A stretch of 64,000 nucleotides of DNA from Gemmatimonadales bacterium. Lineage in GTDB: Bacteria; Gemmatimonadota; Gemmatimonadetes; Gemmatimonadales; GWC2-71-9. A model generated the notes under the pieces. The model saw only the letters and a program-made list of their open reading frames with translations. It had not been told where the DNA came from and did no database searches. Below, piece after piece: positions 36,152 through 46,289 of the stretch (positions within the stretch are counted from its first letter, which is position 1; every line of letters starts with the position of its first letter). The position numbers and the translations under genes are program-made. The DNA is taken from positions 47,033 through 111,032 of the forward strand of contig DASTSO010000119.1 of NCBI GenBank assembly GCA_035760645.1. The letters run 5' to 3'.

Positions 36152-37731
36152 AGCGTCCCGCCGCCGCCGTCGTCCTCGCGCTCACCCTGACCGGCATCGC
36201 GCTCGCCGCGGTGCCGGTCGCGCGTTTCTCCCTCGACCGCTTCGGGCTCGCCAAGGAGCTCGTGCTCGTCGCGGGCGCGGCGCTCGCCGCCGCGCTGCGG
36301 CTCGGCGCGGCACGGCGGCTGCGCGCGGATGCGGCCGATGGCCTGCTCGCCGCGACGCTCGCGCTGGCGGCGGTCTCCGCCCTGGGGGCCGAGAGCCCCT
36401 GGCTCGCCGTGCGCGCGCTCGCGCTCCTGGGCGCGGGCATCGCCGCGTTCGAGGCCGCGCGCGGCGCGCGCGCGCTGCTCGCCCCCGTCGCACTCGCGGT
36501 CGTGCTCGCCGCGCTGCCGGCCGTGCTCACCGCCTGGGGCGCGCTGCCCGACTGGGCCGACGGGCGCCGCGCGCCGGCCGGCACCTTCGGCAACCGCAAC
36601 TTCCTCGCGCACCTCCTCGTCGTCGGCCTGCCGGCGCTCGCCCTCGTCACGGCGCGCACCCGGCGCAGGGCGGCCGGGCTCGCGTGGAGCGCGGGACTCG
36701 CGTGCGTGAGCGCGGCCCTCGTCCTCACGCGCACGCGCGCGGCGTGGGTCGCAGGGATCGCAGCCCTCGTCGCCGCGGTGGCCGCGCTCCTCGTGCTCCG
36801 ACGCGCGAACCGCGCGGGACCGGCGAGCATCGTGGCGGGCGCCGGGCGCGTGGCGCTGCCGGTGATCGCGGGCGTCGTGCTCGCGGTGGCGCTGCCGAAC
36901 CGGCTCCGCTGGCACTCGCCCACGCCGTACCGCGACACGCTGCGGCGGCTGGTGGACGCGCGCGAGGGGAGCGGACGGGGGCGGGTGATCCAGGCCCGCA
37001 CGACGCTGCGCCTCGTGGGCGAGCACCCGCTCCTCGGCGTGGGGCCGGGAAACTGGATGGTCGCCTATCCGCGCTACGCGGCGTCGGACGATCCGTCGTA
37101 CGACCCGGGCTCGCCGGTGCCGACCAACCGCGTCGCCAACGCGGACTGGACCGGGCTCGCGGCGGAGCTGGGCGTGCCGGCGCTCGTCGCCCTGGTGGCG
37201 GCGGGGCTCGTGCTGCTGACGGGGGCGGGACGGCGGCTCAGGACCGGCGAGGGGGAGGCCGGTGCGGGGGAGGCCGGCGAGGCGGTGGTCGTGGTCGCGA
37301 CCGTCGCCGCGCTCGCCGTCGCGGGCGCGCTCGACGCGGTGCTGCAGCGGCCGGGGCCGTTGCTCGTCGGCGCCGTGGTGCTCGGCGCGCTCGGTCCGCG
37401 CACCCGGGCGCGCGTCGAGTGGCGCCTGCCGCGGTCCGTGGCCGCGGTGCTCGCCGCGCTCGTGCTCGCCGCGGGACTCGGCGCGGCCTCGCTCGTCGCG
37501 CGCTCGATCGCGGCGGGCGCGATCTACGCCACCGACCGCCGCGCGCCCGCCCTCGAGCGCGCGGCCGACGTCGCGCCCGCGGAGTACCGGCTGCAGTACC
37601 TCGCCGCGCAGTACTGGACCTACCAGGGCGACTGCGCCCGCGCCGAGCGCTTCGTCGCGCGGGCGCGCGGGCTCCTGCCCTCGGCGCCGGCGCTGGGGAT
37701 GCTGGAAGAGCGGTGTGCAGGGCGGCCGTGA
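36148..37731 (+). CDS. O-antigen ligase/polymerase family (Wzy_C) polytopic membrane protein
   Basis: GTG overlaps the upstream stop (GTGA). Motifs GTFGNRNFLAHLL and TRTRAAW. Many TM helices. Confidence 0.65.
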   Translation: MKRPAAAVVLALTLTGIALAAVPVARFSLDRFGLAKELVLVAGAALAAALRLGAARRLRADAADGLLAATLALAAVSALGAESPWLAVRALALLGAGIAAFEAARGARALLAPVALAVVLAALPAVLTAWGALPDWADGRRAPAGTFGNRNFLAHLLVVGLPALALVTARTRRRAAGLAWSAGLACVSAALVLTRTRAAWVAGIAALVAAVAALLVLRRANRAGPASIVAGAGRVALPVIAGVVLAVALPNRLRWHSPTPYRDTLRRLVDAREGSGRGRVIQARTTLRLVGEHPLLGVGPGNWMVAYPRYAASDDPSYDPGSPVPTNRVANADWTGLAAELGVPALVALVAAGLVLLTGAGRRLRTGEGEAGAGEAGEAVVVVATVAALAVAGALDAVLQRPGPLLVGAVVLGALGPRTRARVEWRLPRSVAAVLAALVLAAGLGAASLVARSIAAGAIYATDRRAPALERAADVAPAEYRLQYLAAQYWTYQGDCARAERFVARARGLLPSAPALGMLEERCAGRP

Positions 37732-37751
37732 GGCCGCCCCGTTCCTCACGT

Positions 37752-38111
37752 CTACGCCGCGTGGGCCATCCGCTCGCAGGTCGCCACGCACCGGCGGCAG
37801 GCCGCGACGCACGCCTGCATCGCCGGATCGTTGCCCAGCTGCTCGCAGCTCTCGGCGCAGCGCCGGCAGACCTCGGCGCAGAGGCCGCACGTCTGGTGAT
37901 GCAGCTCCGAGCCGCGGAGGAGGAAGTGGGCGCAGGTCTGGCACATCTCGACGCAGTCGGCCATGAGCCGGATGTGGTCCGGCGCGGCGTGCCTGCCGCC
38001 CTGCGCGAGGCAGTAGCCGATCGTGCGGATGCAGGTGGCGTGGCAGGCGAGGCAGGCGTCGATGCACTCCTGCATCTCGGCGCTGGCGCGGTGGACGTGG
38101 GCCGTGGTCAT
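37752..38111 (-). CDS. Cys-rich four-helix-bundle copper-binding protein (DUF326 / Csp-like)
   Basis: Repeated CxxxC, CxxC and CxxxH: CIDACLACHATC, CVEMCQTCAHF, CGLCAEVCRRCAESC, CVAACRRCVATC. Confidence 0.75.
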   Translation of the reverse strand: MTTAHVHRASAEMQECIDACLACHATCIRTIGYCLAQGGRHAAPDHIRLMADCVEMCQTCAHFLLRGSELHHQTCGLCAEVCRRCAESCEQLGNDPAMQACVAACRRCVATCERMAHAA

Positions 38112-38242
38112 GGGGTCACCTCGGGGAAGAAGTCGGGCCGTTCTTCTGGGAACGGACCCGGGGCCGGCGCCTCGCGCAGCGGCGCCGCGCGTGAGTCGGC
38201 TCCTGCCCGAGTCGGCGGCTGGAGGCGGCGCTCGGCGTGAGG

Positions 38243-38440
38243 CCGGCCCCTGAAGGGGCCACTCGGCCTGAGAGCCCTCAAGGGCTCTCCGCGGCGGCCG
38301 CGCTCCGTGCCCGCCCCGAGCGCCGCCCCCCCGCGGCGGAGCGGCGTGCCCGCCGAGAGCCCTTCAGGGGCCTCAGGCCGAGGGGCGGCTTCAGCCGCCG
38401 ACTCACCGGGGCCGACTCGCAGCCGCCGAGTCTCGCCGAG
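38243..38440. repeat. Copy C of the multi-hairpin palindromic intergenic repeat (right arm partly degenerate)
   Basis: GGCCCCTGAAGGGGCCACTCGGCCTGAGAGCCCTCAAGGGCTCTCCG...GAGAGCCCTTCAGGGGCCTCAGGCCGAGG. It lies downstream of the gene ending at 38451. Confidence 0.6.
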
Positions 38441-38450
38441 GCCGCGCCAG

Positions 38451-39614
38451 CTACCCCAGCCGCTCCAGCGCCTGCGCGAGATCGGCGAGCAGGTCCTCCA
38501 CCCGCTCCAGCCCCACGTTGAAGCGCACCAGCGACTCGCGGCGCTGCGTGGGCGTCGAGCGGGGGATGCCGAACTGCGGCACCACGAGGCTCGTCACCCC
38601 GCCCCAGCTGTAGCCGATCTCGAAGAGCTCGAGCGCGTCCGCGAAGGCGAGGAGCTGCGCCTCGGTATAACGGGGCTGGAAGACGACCGAGAAGATACTG
38701 GTCGAGCCGGTGAAGTCGCGGCACCAGAGCTCGTGGCCGGGGCAGGAGGGGAGCGCGGGATGGAGCACCCGCTCGACCTCGGGCCGCTCGGCGAGCCAGC
38801 GCGCCACGGCGAGCGTCGAGCGCTCGAGCGCGGCGAGCCGGACGGCGAGCGTCTGGAGCCCCCGCAGCGCGAGGCTGCACTCGTCGGGCGAGACGCCCAT
38901 GCCGAGGAACTGGAGCGTGTCGCCGAGCCGCTCGACGAGCGCCGTGTCGCGCGCCGTGACCGAGCCCAGCAACACGTCGCTGTGCCCGCCGACGTACTTG
39001 GTGAGCGCCTGCATCGTGACGTCCACCCCGTGGGCGAAGGCGTCGAAGTAGACGCCGGCCGCATAGGTGTTGTCGAGCGCGACGAGCGCGCCGCGCGCGT
39101 GCGCCGCCGTGGCGATCGCCGGGACGTCCTGCACCTCCATCGTCACCGAGCCCGGGCTCTCGCACCAGACGAGCGTCGTGGTGTCGCGGATGAGGCCGGC
39201 GATCTCCGCGCCGATCGTCGGCGGGTAGAACTCCGCCTCGACGCCGAAGCGCGCGAGCACGCCGGTGGCGAGTCCGCGGTTCGGGCCATAGGCGCTGTCG
39301 GGGACGAGGACGTGGTCGCCCGCCTTGGTGAGGGCGAGATAGATGAGCGCGATCGCGCCCTGGCCGCCGGGGGTGAGGAAGGTGTGGCGCCCGCCCTCGA
39401 GCTCCGCGAGCCGCGCCGCGAGCTCGAGCGACGTCGGCGTGCCGAAGAGGCCGTAGGTGTAGCCGACCTCGTGCTGGCGCCAGTCGTCGGTGGCCGCGGC
39501 GGCGTTCGGGAAGAGCGTCGTCGAGCCGCGATAGACGGGGGTCGCGAGCGAGCGGTAGCCCTCGGGGACGCGGGCGTCGGTGTGGATGAGCTTCGTCTGC
39601 CAGGAGCGGTCCAT
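38451..39614 (-). CDS. metC: Cys/Met-metabolism PLP-dependent enzyme, cystathionine beta-lyase-like
   Basis: MDRSWQTKLIHTD...TPVYRGSTTLF. PLP-lysine region ALTKYVGGHSD. The upstream part of the ORF-track entry is an Arg-rich artefact. Confidence 0.75.
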   Translation of the reverse strand: MDRSWQTKLIHTDARVPEGYRSLATPVYRGSTTLFPNAAAATDDWRQHEVGYTYGLFGTPTSLELAARLAELEGGRHTFLTPGGQGAIALIYLALTKAGDHVLVPDSAYGPNRGLATGVLARFGVEAEFYPPTIGAEIAGLIRDTTTLVWCESPGSVTMEVQDVPAIATAAHARGALVALDNTYAAGVYFDAFAHGVDVTMQALTKYVGGHSDVLLGSVTARDTALVERLGDTLQFLGMGVSPDECSLALRGLQTLAVRLAALERSTLAVARWLAERPEVERVLHPALPSCPGHELWCRDFTGSTSIFSVVFQPRYTEAQLLAFADALELFEIGYSWGGVTSLVVPQFGIPRSTPTQRRESLVRFNVGLERVEDLLADLAQALERLG

Positions 39615-39637
39615 CGGGGCCTCGGGCGGGGTGCGCG

Positions 39638-40240
39638 TCAGCTCGGATTCGGCGTCGCCGGGGCCGGGGCCGGCGTCGCGCCGGGCGGCACCACCGAGCT
39701 CGGGGTGCGCAGCTCGGGGTGGCGGATCTGGCCACCGAGCAGCGCGGCGTAGGCGAACAGGTAGAAGGCGACGATGAGGCAGACCATCACGACGAGCGGC
39801 CAGGCGCCGCGGCCCTGCGCCGCGGGCGAGGGCTCGACCACCACGGCGTCCACCGCGACGGCGTCGGGCCGGGCGTCGGGGCCGGCGACGGGGACCGTCC
39901 GGTGCTCCTCGCGCCGGCGCGTGGCCCAGAGCGCCACCAGGGCGACGGCGCCGGTGACGAGGACGAAGATGAAGCCGCGCTCGCCGCTCTCCTCGTGCTC
40001 GTGCATGAGGCGCCGCGGGGCGCTCGGGTCGAAGGCGCGCAGCTGATCCTCGGCGGGCTCGCCGGTGAGGTAGACGGGAATCGTCGCCAGCGCGAGGAGC
40101 ACGGCGAGCCAGAGCCCCAGGCGCATCCCCTCGCGCGAGCGGCGCACCCAGGCCCACAGGAGCACCAGCAGAATGAAGACCGAGCCGAAGAGCGGAAGGT
40201 GGTTGAGCATCAGGTGCAGGTGCAGCGGACTGAGATCCAT
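39638..40240 (-). CDS. Hypothetical membrane protein
   Basis: ATG at 40240 after GGAGG. TM helices HLPLFGSVFILLVLLWAWV and LWLAVLLALATIPVYL. Confidence 0.55.
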   Translation of the reverse strand: MDLSPLHLHLMLNHLPLFGSVFILLVLLWAWVRRSREGMRLGLWLAVLLALATIPVYLTGEPAEDQLRAFDPSAPRRLMHEHEESGERGFIFVLVTGAVALVALWATRRREEHRTVPVAGPDARPDAVAVDAVVVEPSPAAQGRGAWPLVVMVCLIVAFYLFAYAALLGGQIRHPELRTPSSVVPPGATPAPAPATPNPS

Positions 40241-40369
40241 GCGGCCTCCGGATGCGTCGTGCCGAGAGTGGGCGGGCGCGTGTGGCCCGCCGGCGGCGCG
40301 CGCCGGCGATGCACACCGATGCAGCGAAGATATCCCGGCCCCGATATGTTGCGATAGCACCCGGGACGC

Positions 40370-41716
40370 GTGGGAGGACGCATGGCCGAATCGGGGCCCA
40401 CCCCCGCCGACGCAGTCGCCGAGCGGGCCGCGCGCCGCGCCCGCCCGGGGCTGCTGCGCGCGCTCCGGCACCCCAACTACCGCCTCTTCTTCAGCGGGCA
40501 GCTCGTCTCGCTGATCGGCACCTGGATCACCCGCATCGCCACGAGCTGGCTCGTCTACCGGCTCACCGGCTCCGACCTCCTGCTCGGCGTCGTCGGCTTC
40601 TGCGGCCTGATCCCGACCCTCGTCCTGGGGCCCGTGGCGGGCGTCTTCGTGGACCGGTGGAACCGCCACCGGGTGCTCGTCGGGACCCAGGTGCTCTCGA
40701 TGCTGCAGTCGCTGGCGCTCGCGGTGCTCACCCTCACGCACCGGATCACCGTCGCCGACATCCTCGTGCTGCAGGTCTTCCAGGGGCTCATCAACGCCTT
40801 CGACACGCCGGCCCGCCAGGCGTTCGTCGTCACCATGATCGAGGACCGGGCCGACCTGCCCAACGCCATCGCGCTCAACAGCTCGATGTTCAACGCGAGC
40901 CGCATCGCGGGCCCCGCGCTCGGCGGCGTGATCATCGCCGCGGTGGGCGAGGGGTGGTGCTTCATGATCGACGCGATCTCCTACCTGGCCGTGATCGCCT
41001 CGCTCCTCCTGATGCGGCTGCCCGACCTCACCCCCGCGCGGCGCGAGAGCCGCGTGCTCGAGGAGTTGCGCGAGGGCTACCGCTACGTGAGCGGCTTCAC
41101 GCCGATCCGCTCGGTGCTCCTCCTGCTCGCGCTGGTGAGCATGGCGAGCATGCCCTACGTGACGCTCATGCCCGCGATCGCGACCGAGACGCTGCACGGC
41201 GGCGCCAACACGCTGGGCTGCCTGATGGCGGCCTCGGGCGTCGGCGCGCTCGTCGGCGCGCTCTATCTCGCCTCGCGCGCCTCGGTGCTGGGCCTCGGGC
41301 GCGCCATCGCGGTGGCGAACCTCGTCTTCGGCCTCGCCCTGGGCGCCTTCGCCCTCTCGCGCGCGCTCTGGCTCTCGCTGCTCGTCCTGCCGGTCGTGGG
41401 GGCCGGGTTCATGATCGCCACGGCCTCGACCAACACGATCGTGCAGACGATCGTGAGCGAGGAGATCCGCGGGCGGGTGATGGCCTTCTACGCCGTCGCC
41501 TTCCTCGGCACCGCCCCGATCGGCAGCCTCCTCGCCGGCGTCATCGCCGAGCGCATCGGCGCGCCGGCGACGATCTTCCTGGGCGGCGGCGTCTGCGTGG
41601 CGGGGGCGGGGTGGTTCGCGCTCCGCCTGCCGCATCTGCGGCGGCTGGTGCGGCCGATCTACGTCGAGCGCGGGATCCTGCCGGCCGCGGAGGCGGAAGC
41701 GCGTGCGGGGCTCTGA
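40370..41716 (+). CDS. MFS transporter (EntS/MFS_3-like)
   Basis: 12 TM helices. Motifs HPNYRLFFSGQLVSLIGTW and FVDRWNR. Confidence 0.8.
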   Translation: MGGRMAESGPTPADAVAERAARRARPGLLRALRHPNYRLFFSGQLVSLIGTWITRIATSWLVYRLTGSDLLLGVVGFCGLIPTLVLGPVAGVFVDRWNRHRVLVGTQVLSMLQSLALAVLTLTHRITVADILVLQVFQGLINAFDTPARQAFVVTMIEDRADLPNAIALNSSMFNASRIAGPALGGVIIAAVGEGWCFMIDAISYLAVIASLLLMRLPDLTPARRESRVLEELREGYRYVSGFTPIRSVLLLLALVSMASMPYVTLMPAIATETLHGGANTLGCLMAASGVGALVGALYLASRASVLGLGRAIAVANLVFGLALGAFALSRALWLSLLVLPVVGAGFMIATASTNTIVQTIVSEEIRGRVMAFYAVAFLGTAPIGSLLAGVIAERIGAPATIFLGGGVCVAGAGWFALRLPHLRRLVRPIYVERGILPAAEAEARAGL

Positions 41717-41717
41717 G

Positions 41718-42095
41718 ATGTCTGCGAAAGTGCGTCGCGAGCCGCCGAACGGCGGCAGTCTCCCCTCGGCGATCAACTGGATGGGCGGCCTCGCGCTGCT
41801 CCTCTTCTGGCTGCCGGTGGCGGGGCCGTTCCTCGCCGGGCTCGTCGGCGGGCGGATCGCGGGGACGGTGACGCGCGCGGTGGTCGCGGTCTTCCTCCCC
41901 GCCATCCTCACCGGCGTGCTCGTCGCCGCGGGCGTCACCTACCTCGCCGATGCCTTCTGGGGCGTGCTCGCCGGGCTCGGTGGCGTCGCGCTCTCGCTGC
42001 TCAACGTGGGGCCGCTGTTCGTCGGCGCGGTCGTCGGCGGGCTCGTCGCCCAGGCGACGGGACGGGCGCGGTGGCGGCGACCCGGGGCGGGCTGA
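41718..42095 (+). CDS. Small hypothetical membrane protein
   Basis: Hydrophobic helices. Immediately follows the MFS gene. Confidence 0.45.
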   Translation: MSAKVRREPPNGGSLPSAINWMGGLALLLFWLPVAGPFLAGLVGGRIAGTVTRAVVAVFLPAILTGVLVAAGVTYLADAFWGVLAGLGGVALSLLNVGPLFVGAVVGGLVAQATGRARWRRPGAG

Positions 42096-42467
42096 AGCGC
42101 GACGGCCCGGCGTGCCGCACCTGCGGCACGCCGGGCCGTCGTTCCCCCACACGGGACGGCGCGCCGGGGCTCCCCCGCGCCCTCGGCCGCGCCCGCCGCC
42201 CGCGCCGCTCGCCGGCGGCGGGCCTCGGTGGTGCCGCCCGCCGCGGCCGCGCCCGCGAGGCGCTCTGCCGTCGCGCCGGGGGAGGGCAGACGCCGTGCCA
42301 GGGCAGGGGGCGCCGCACTGTCGCCACCGGAGCGGCCCGGGCGGGCGCACGACGGCGAGTGCGGCCCCAGTGGCGGCACGCTGCCGCATGGGTGGACGCG
42401 GCCGGGCCGCGCCGCGAGCGCGCGGCTGCACGCAGCGGGCTGCGCGGCGCGGACTATCTTTCGAGCC

Positions 42468-43712
42468 ATGACCGCCACCACCCGCCTCTACTACACCGAC
42501 GCCTACTGCGCCGGCTTCGACGCCCGGCTCGTGGCCCTCGAGGACGAGGGCCGGCGCGCCTACCTCGACCACACCGCATTCTATCCCACTTCGGGCGGCC
42601 AGCCCGCCGACCGCGGCACGCTCGCCGGGGTGCCGGTGGTGGACGTCGTGGACGAGGGGGAGCGGATCGCCCACGTGCTCGCCGAGCCGCTCACGGGGCT
42701 CGCGGCGCGCACCGGGGCGGAGCTGCACGGGCTCATCGACTGGGCCCGGCGCTTCGACCACATGCAGCAGCACACCGGGCAGCACCTCCTTTCGGCGCTC
42801 TTCGCCGATCTCTACGGCATGGCGACGACCAGCGTGCACTTCGGCGCCGAGAGCTCGACGATCGACCTCGGCACGGAGCGGCTCGAGCCCGAGCAGACGC
42901 TCGCCGTCGAGACGCGGGCCAACGCGATCGTGCTCGAGCATCGCCCCGTGACGGTGAGCTTCGAGGCGGCGGACGCCGTCGAGGGACTTCGCAAGGCGTC
43001 GAGGCGCGCGGGCGAGCTGCGCATCGTGACGATCGCGGCGATCGACCGCAACGCCTGCGGCGGGACCCACGTGCGCACGACGGCGGAGATCGGCCCGGTC
43101 CTGCTGCGCGGCGTCGAGCGCGCGAAGCGGCAGGTGCGGGTCGAGTTTCTCTGCGGCTGGCGCGCGCTCCGCGCCGCGCGCGCCGATCACGAGCTGCTGC
43201 AGCGCGCGTCGCTCGCGCTGAGCGCGGCGCCGGAGGAGGTGCCGCCGCGCGTCGGCGCGCTGCTGGAGCAGCTCAGGGAGAGCCAGCGCCGCCTCGAGCG
43301 CCTCGAGCGCGAGGCGCGGGCCCGGCAGGCGCGCGAGCGCTGGGCGGCGGTGCCGCCCGATGCCGACGGTGTGCGCCGCATCCTCGAGCGGCGCGCCGCG
43401 ACCGACGCCGGCGGCGCCGCCGAGCTGCGGGAGCTGGCGCAGGCGATGGCGGCGCTCGAGCGCACGGTGTTCGTCGGGATCGCGGGGGAGCCGGCGGCGA
43501 TTGTCGTCGGCGCGTCGGAGGACAGCGGCGTGGAGGCGGGGAGCGCGCTGCGCGCGGCGCTGGAGGCGGCCGGCGGGCGCGGCGGCGGCTCGCCGCGCCT
43601 CGCGCAGGGAAGCGTGCCCTCGGCCGAGCGGCTGCCGCCGCTGCTCGACGCGCTCGGCCCGCGTCTCGGCTTCGTCGCACCACTCGCGCCGGACCGCATG
43701 ACGAAGTCGTAA
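42468..43712 (+). CDS. Alanyl-tRNA editing protein AlaX-like (AlaRS second additional domain + C-terminal domain)
   Basis: Zinc motifs HxxxH (MQQHTGQHLL) and CGGTH. Start at M81 of the ORF-track entry. Confidence 0.8.
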   Translation: MTATTRLYYTDAYCAGFDARLVALEDEGRRAYLDHTAFYPTSGGQPADRGTLAGVPVVDVVDEGERIAHVLAEPLTGLAARTGAELHGLIDWARRFDHMQQHTGQHLLSALFADLYGMATTSVHFGAESSTIDLGTERLEPEQTLAVETRANAIVLEHRPVTVSFEAADAVEGLRKASRRAGELRIVTIAAIDRNACGGTHVRTTAEIGPVLLRGVERAKRQVRVEFLCGWRALRAARADHELLQRASLALSAAPEEVPPRVGALLEQLRESQRRLERLEREARARQARERWAAVPPDADGVRRILERRAATDAGGAAELRELAQAMAALERTVFVGIAGEPAAIVVGASEDSGVEAGSALRAALEAAGGRGGGSPRLAQGSVPSAERLPPLLDALGPRLGFVAPLAPDRMTKS

Positions 43713-43760
43713 TTCCGGGGTAAGGGTTCCTTCATGGGCGCGAGGGCATCGTGCGGCACG

Positions 43761-44126
43761 ATGCCCTCGCGCCGTTTGTCTCCCCGCTCCTCCTTCGGCG
43801 TGCCGCGCCGGCTCGCGCCCGTGCTCCTGGCTGCCGGGGCGCTCGGGGCGGTGCGGCCGACCCCGGTGGCCGCGCAGGCGGCGACGCTCCAGGTCACGGC
43901 GCGCGTCGTGGCGGTGGACGCGCCGCTCGCCGCGCTCGATCCGGTCATCGTGACGCGGGACTCGAGCGCGGGCCGCTGGGACACGCTCCGGCGGGTGCTC
44001 GAGGCGGGGACGCCGCTCGACCTCCACCCCGCGACCTCGGCCGCGGTGGTGCGGATCCGGCCCGAAGCGGCGACGGGCACCGCGCCGGCGCGCCTCGTCG
44101 TGACGATCGACTACGTGCGGAACTGA
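43761..44126 (+). CDS. Small secreted hypothetical protein
   Basis: Signal peptide RRLAPVLLAAGALGAVRPTPVAAQA. Confidence 0.45.
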   Translation: MPSRRLSPRSSFGVPRRLAPVLLAAGALGAVRPTPVAAQAATLQVTARVVAVDAPLAALDPVIVTRDSSAGRWDTLRRVLEAGTPLDLHPATSAAVVRIRPEAATGTAPARLVVTIDYVRN

Positions 44127-44198
44127 GTGCAGCACCGAAGCCCCGGCCGCGTGCGGCCGGGGCTTCGGGCATTCGGACGGCCCGGGTGGCCGGCCGGC

Positions 44199-44909
44199 TC
44201 AGGCGACGAAGACCGGGGGCCGGGTCGCCGGCAGGTCGCGCGGGGCGGCAAGGACGAAGCCCACGCCGCGCACCGCCGTCACCGCCGGTTGCGCGCCCGC
44301 GTCGCGCAGCTTGCGGCGCAGCCGGGCGACATGGACGTCCACGACGTTAGAGCCGGGATCGAAGTGCATGTCCCAGACCTTCTCGAGCAGCGTGCTGCGG
44401 GTGACGATCTCGCCGGCATGCACCATGAGGCGCTCGAGCAGGGCGAACTCGCGCGGGGTGAGGGCGAGCTCCACCGTGTCGCAGAGCGCCCGCCGGGTGA
44501 GACGGTTGAGGACGAGGTTGGCGCAGACGAGCACCTCGCTGCGACGCGGCCCGCCGCGCCGCAGCAGCGCCCGGATCCGGGCCTTGAACTCCTCGGTGAG
44601 GAACGGCTTGACGACGTAGTCGTCGGCCCCCGCGTCGAGGGCGCGCACGATGGTGCCGGTGTCCCCGGCGCCGCTGACGACCAGGACGGGCGTCAGCCGG
44701 CCCTCGCGCCGCAGCTCCTGGAGGATGCTGAGCCCGTGCCGATCGGGCAGCGACAGGTCGAGCACGATGCCGTCGTAGTCGTGCACGAACGCCAGCGCGC
44801 CGCCCGCGCCGCCCGAGTGCTCGACGTCGACCGCGTGCCCCATCTCGGCCAGCAGCATGCGCGTCCACTGCGCCAGCGACGGCTCGTCCTCGATGACCAG
44901 TACCCGCAC
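44199..44909 (-). CDS. OmpR/PhoB-family response regulator
   Basis: GTG at 44909 after GGGGAG. REC motifs VLVIEDE, DLSLPD and VVSGAGD. Winged-helix C-terminus (VHVARLRRKL). Confidence 0.85.
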   Translation of the reverse strand: MRVLVIEDEPSLAQWTRMLLAEMGHAVDVEHSGGAGGALAFVHDYDGIVLDLSLPDRHGLSILQELRREGRLTPVLVVSGAGDTGTIVRALDAGADDYVVKPFLTEEFKARIRALLRRGGPRRSEVLVCANLVLNRLTRRALCDTVELALTPREFALLERLMVHAGEIVTRSTLLEKVWDMHFDPGSNVVDVHVARLRRKLRDAGAQPAVTAVRGVGFVLAAPRDLPATRPPVFVA

Positions 44910-45113
44910 GGGCTCACTCCCCGGGGCCGCCGTCGCGCCGCCGCGTTCACCGGCGTCGGTGAATGCGACGGTGTCGCGAAAGCCCACGGCCCCATGTCGC
45001 GAAGATTGACGGCGCATCACAAATCTGATGGCACGGAACTCGCCCGCGTCGCAGGGTCAAGATCCATGCCTCCGAGTCGAACGGCGCGATCCAGCAAGGG
45101 AGTGCGCGGGAAA

Positions 45114-46289
45114 ATGCCAGAGTCTGCACGGACGGAGACGGTTGTCGGTGGCGGCGGGTCGCCCGCAATCTGCGGCGGGCCCGGCTTTTCGCCGCCCGCG
45201 CTGAGCGGCGTCGAGCTCCTCGTCGTGGACGACGATGCGCAGCTGCGCGCGACGCTGGTGCGGTGTCTCCGGCACGCCGGCGCGTCGGTCCATGCGGCTG
45301 ATTCCGGCGGGGCGGCGCTCGCGGTGGTGCAGCGGCGCAAGATCGCCGGCATCGTGCTGGACGTCTGCATGCCGGACGTCAGCGGGATCGACCTCGTGCC
45401 CCGGCTGCTCGAGGCGGAGCCGAACGCGGCGATCGTCATGCTCACCGGGATGGACGCGGCGGCGGCCGCCGCGCGCTCGCTCCAGCGCGGCGCGATGGAG
45501 TACCTCACCAAGCCCTTCGACCTGGACGACCTGGTGCGGGCGGTGCGCGAGGGGCTGGCCCGTCGCGCCCGCCGCATCGCCCGGCAGGAGCGCGACGCCT
45601 GGCTGCGCGACGAGCTGGTGGCGCGCGGCGTCGCGCTGCGGCGCGAGCAGGAGCAGCGCGAGCAGCTGGAGCTCGCCACGCTCGACGCGCTGGTGAACGC
45701 GCTCGAGGCCAAGCACCCGTTCTTCCGCGGCCACGCCGCCCGCGTGAGCGATCTCGCCGCCACGGTCGCCGCCGAGCTCGGCCTGGGCGACGAGATGATC
45801 GAGGCGGTCCGGGTCGCCGGCCGGCTGCACGACCTCGGCATGATCGGGGTGCGGGACGACCTGCTCGCCACCCCGCGCCGGCTCACGGCCGAGGAGCACG
45901 CGGAGGTGGCGCGGCACGTCGCCATCGGCTCGCAGATCCTGGCGCCCCTCGGCGGCCTGGCCGAGGTCGCGCGGATGGTGCGCGGCCACCACGAGCGCTG
46001 GGACGGGCAGGGCTATCCCGACCGGCTCGCGGGCGACGCCATCCCCCTCGGCGCCCGGATCCTCGCGGCGGCGGAGATCTTCGACGCGATGACGACGCCG
46101 CGCTCCTATCAGCCGACGCGCGAGCCGGCGCGCGCGCTGGCGGCGATGGCGGCGCTCGTGGACACCTCGCTCGAGCGCCGCACCTTCGAGGCGCTGCGCG
46201 CGGTCGTCGAGCGGCGGCGGGCGCTGGTGTTCGTGGACCGGGATCCCGCCGAGGTGCCGCCGGCCCTCGCGGGCGGCGGCGTGCTCTGA
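45114..46289 (+). CDS. Response regulator with an HD-GYP phosphodiesterase domain (RpfG-like)
   Basis: REC motifs LLVVDDD and DVCMPD. HD-GYP signatures HDLGMIGV and HHERWDGQGYP. The stop overlaps the next ATG. Confidence 0.8.
   Translation: MPESARTETVVGGGGSPAICGGPGFSPPALSGVELLVVDDDAQLRATLVRCLRHAGASVHAADSGGAALAVVQRRKIAGIVLDVCMPDVSGIDLVPRLLEAEPNAAIVMLTGMDAAAAAARSLQRGAMEYLTKPFDLDDLVRAVREGLARRARRIARQERDAWLRDELVARGVALRREQEQREQLELATLDALVNALEAKHPFFRGHAARVSDLAATVAAELGLGDEMIEAVRVAGRLHDLGMIGVRDDLLATPRRLTAEEHAEVARHVAIGSQILAPLGGLAEVARMVRGHHERWDGQGYPDRLAGDAIPLGARILAAAEIFDAMTTPRSYQPTREPARALAAMAALVDTSLERRTFEALRAVVERRRALVFVDRDPAEVPPALAGGGVL

Noticed and set aside
34427-38067. Long minus-strand ORFs (34427-36004, 35481-37001, 35590-38067)
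   Set aside because: Arg/Ala-rich, and antisense to the MauE-thioredoxin and O-antigen-ligase-like genes, which have clear domain motifs.
39638-41938. 766-aa minus-strand ORF
   Set aside because: Only the C-terminal 200 aa (39638-40240) look like a real membrane protein with an RBS. The rest is antisense to the MFS transporter and compositionally biased.
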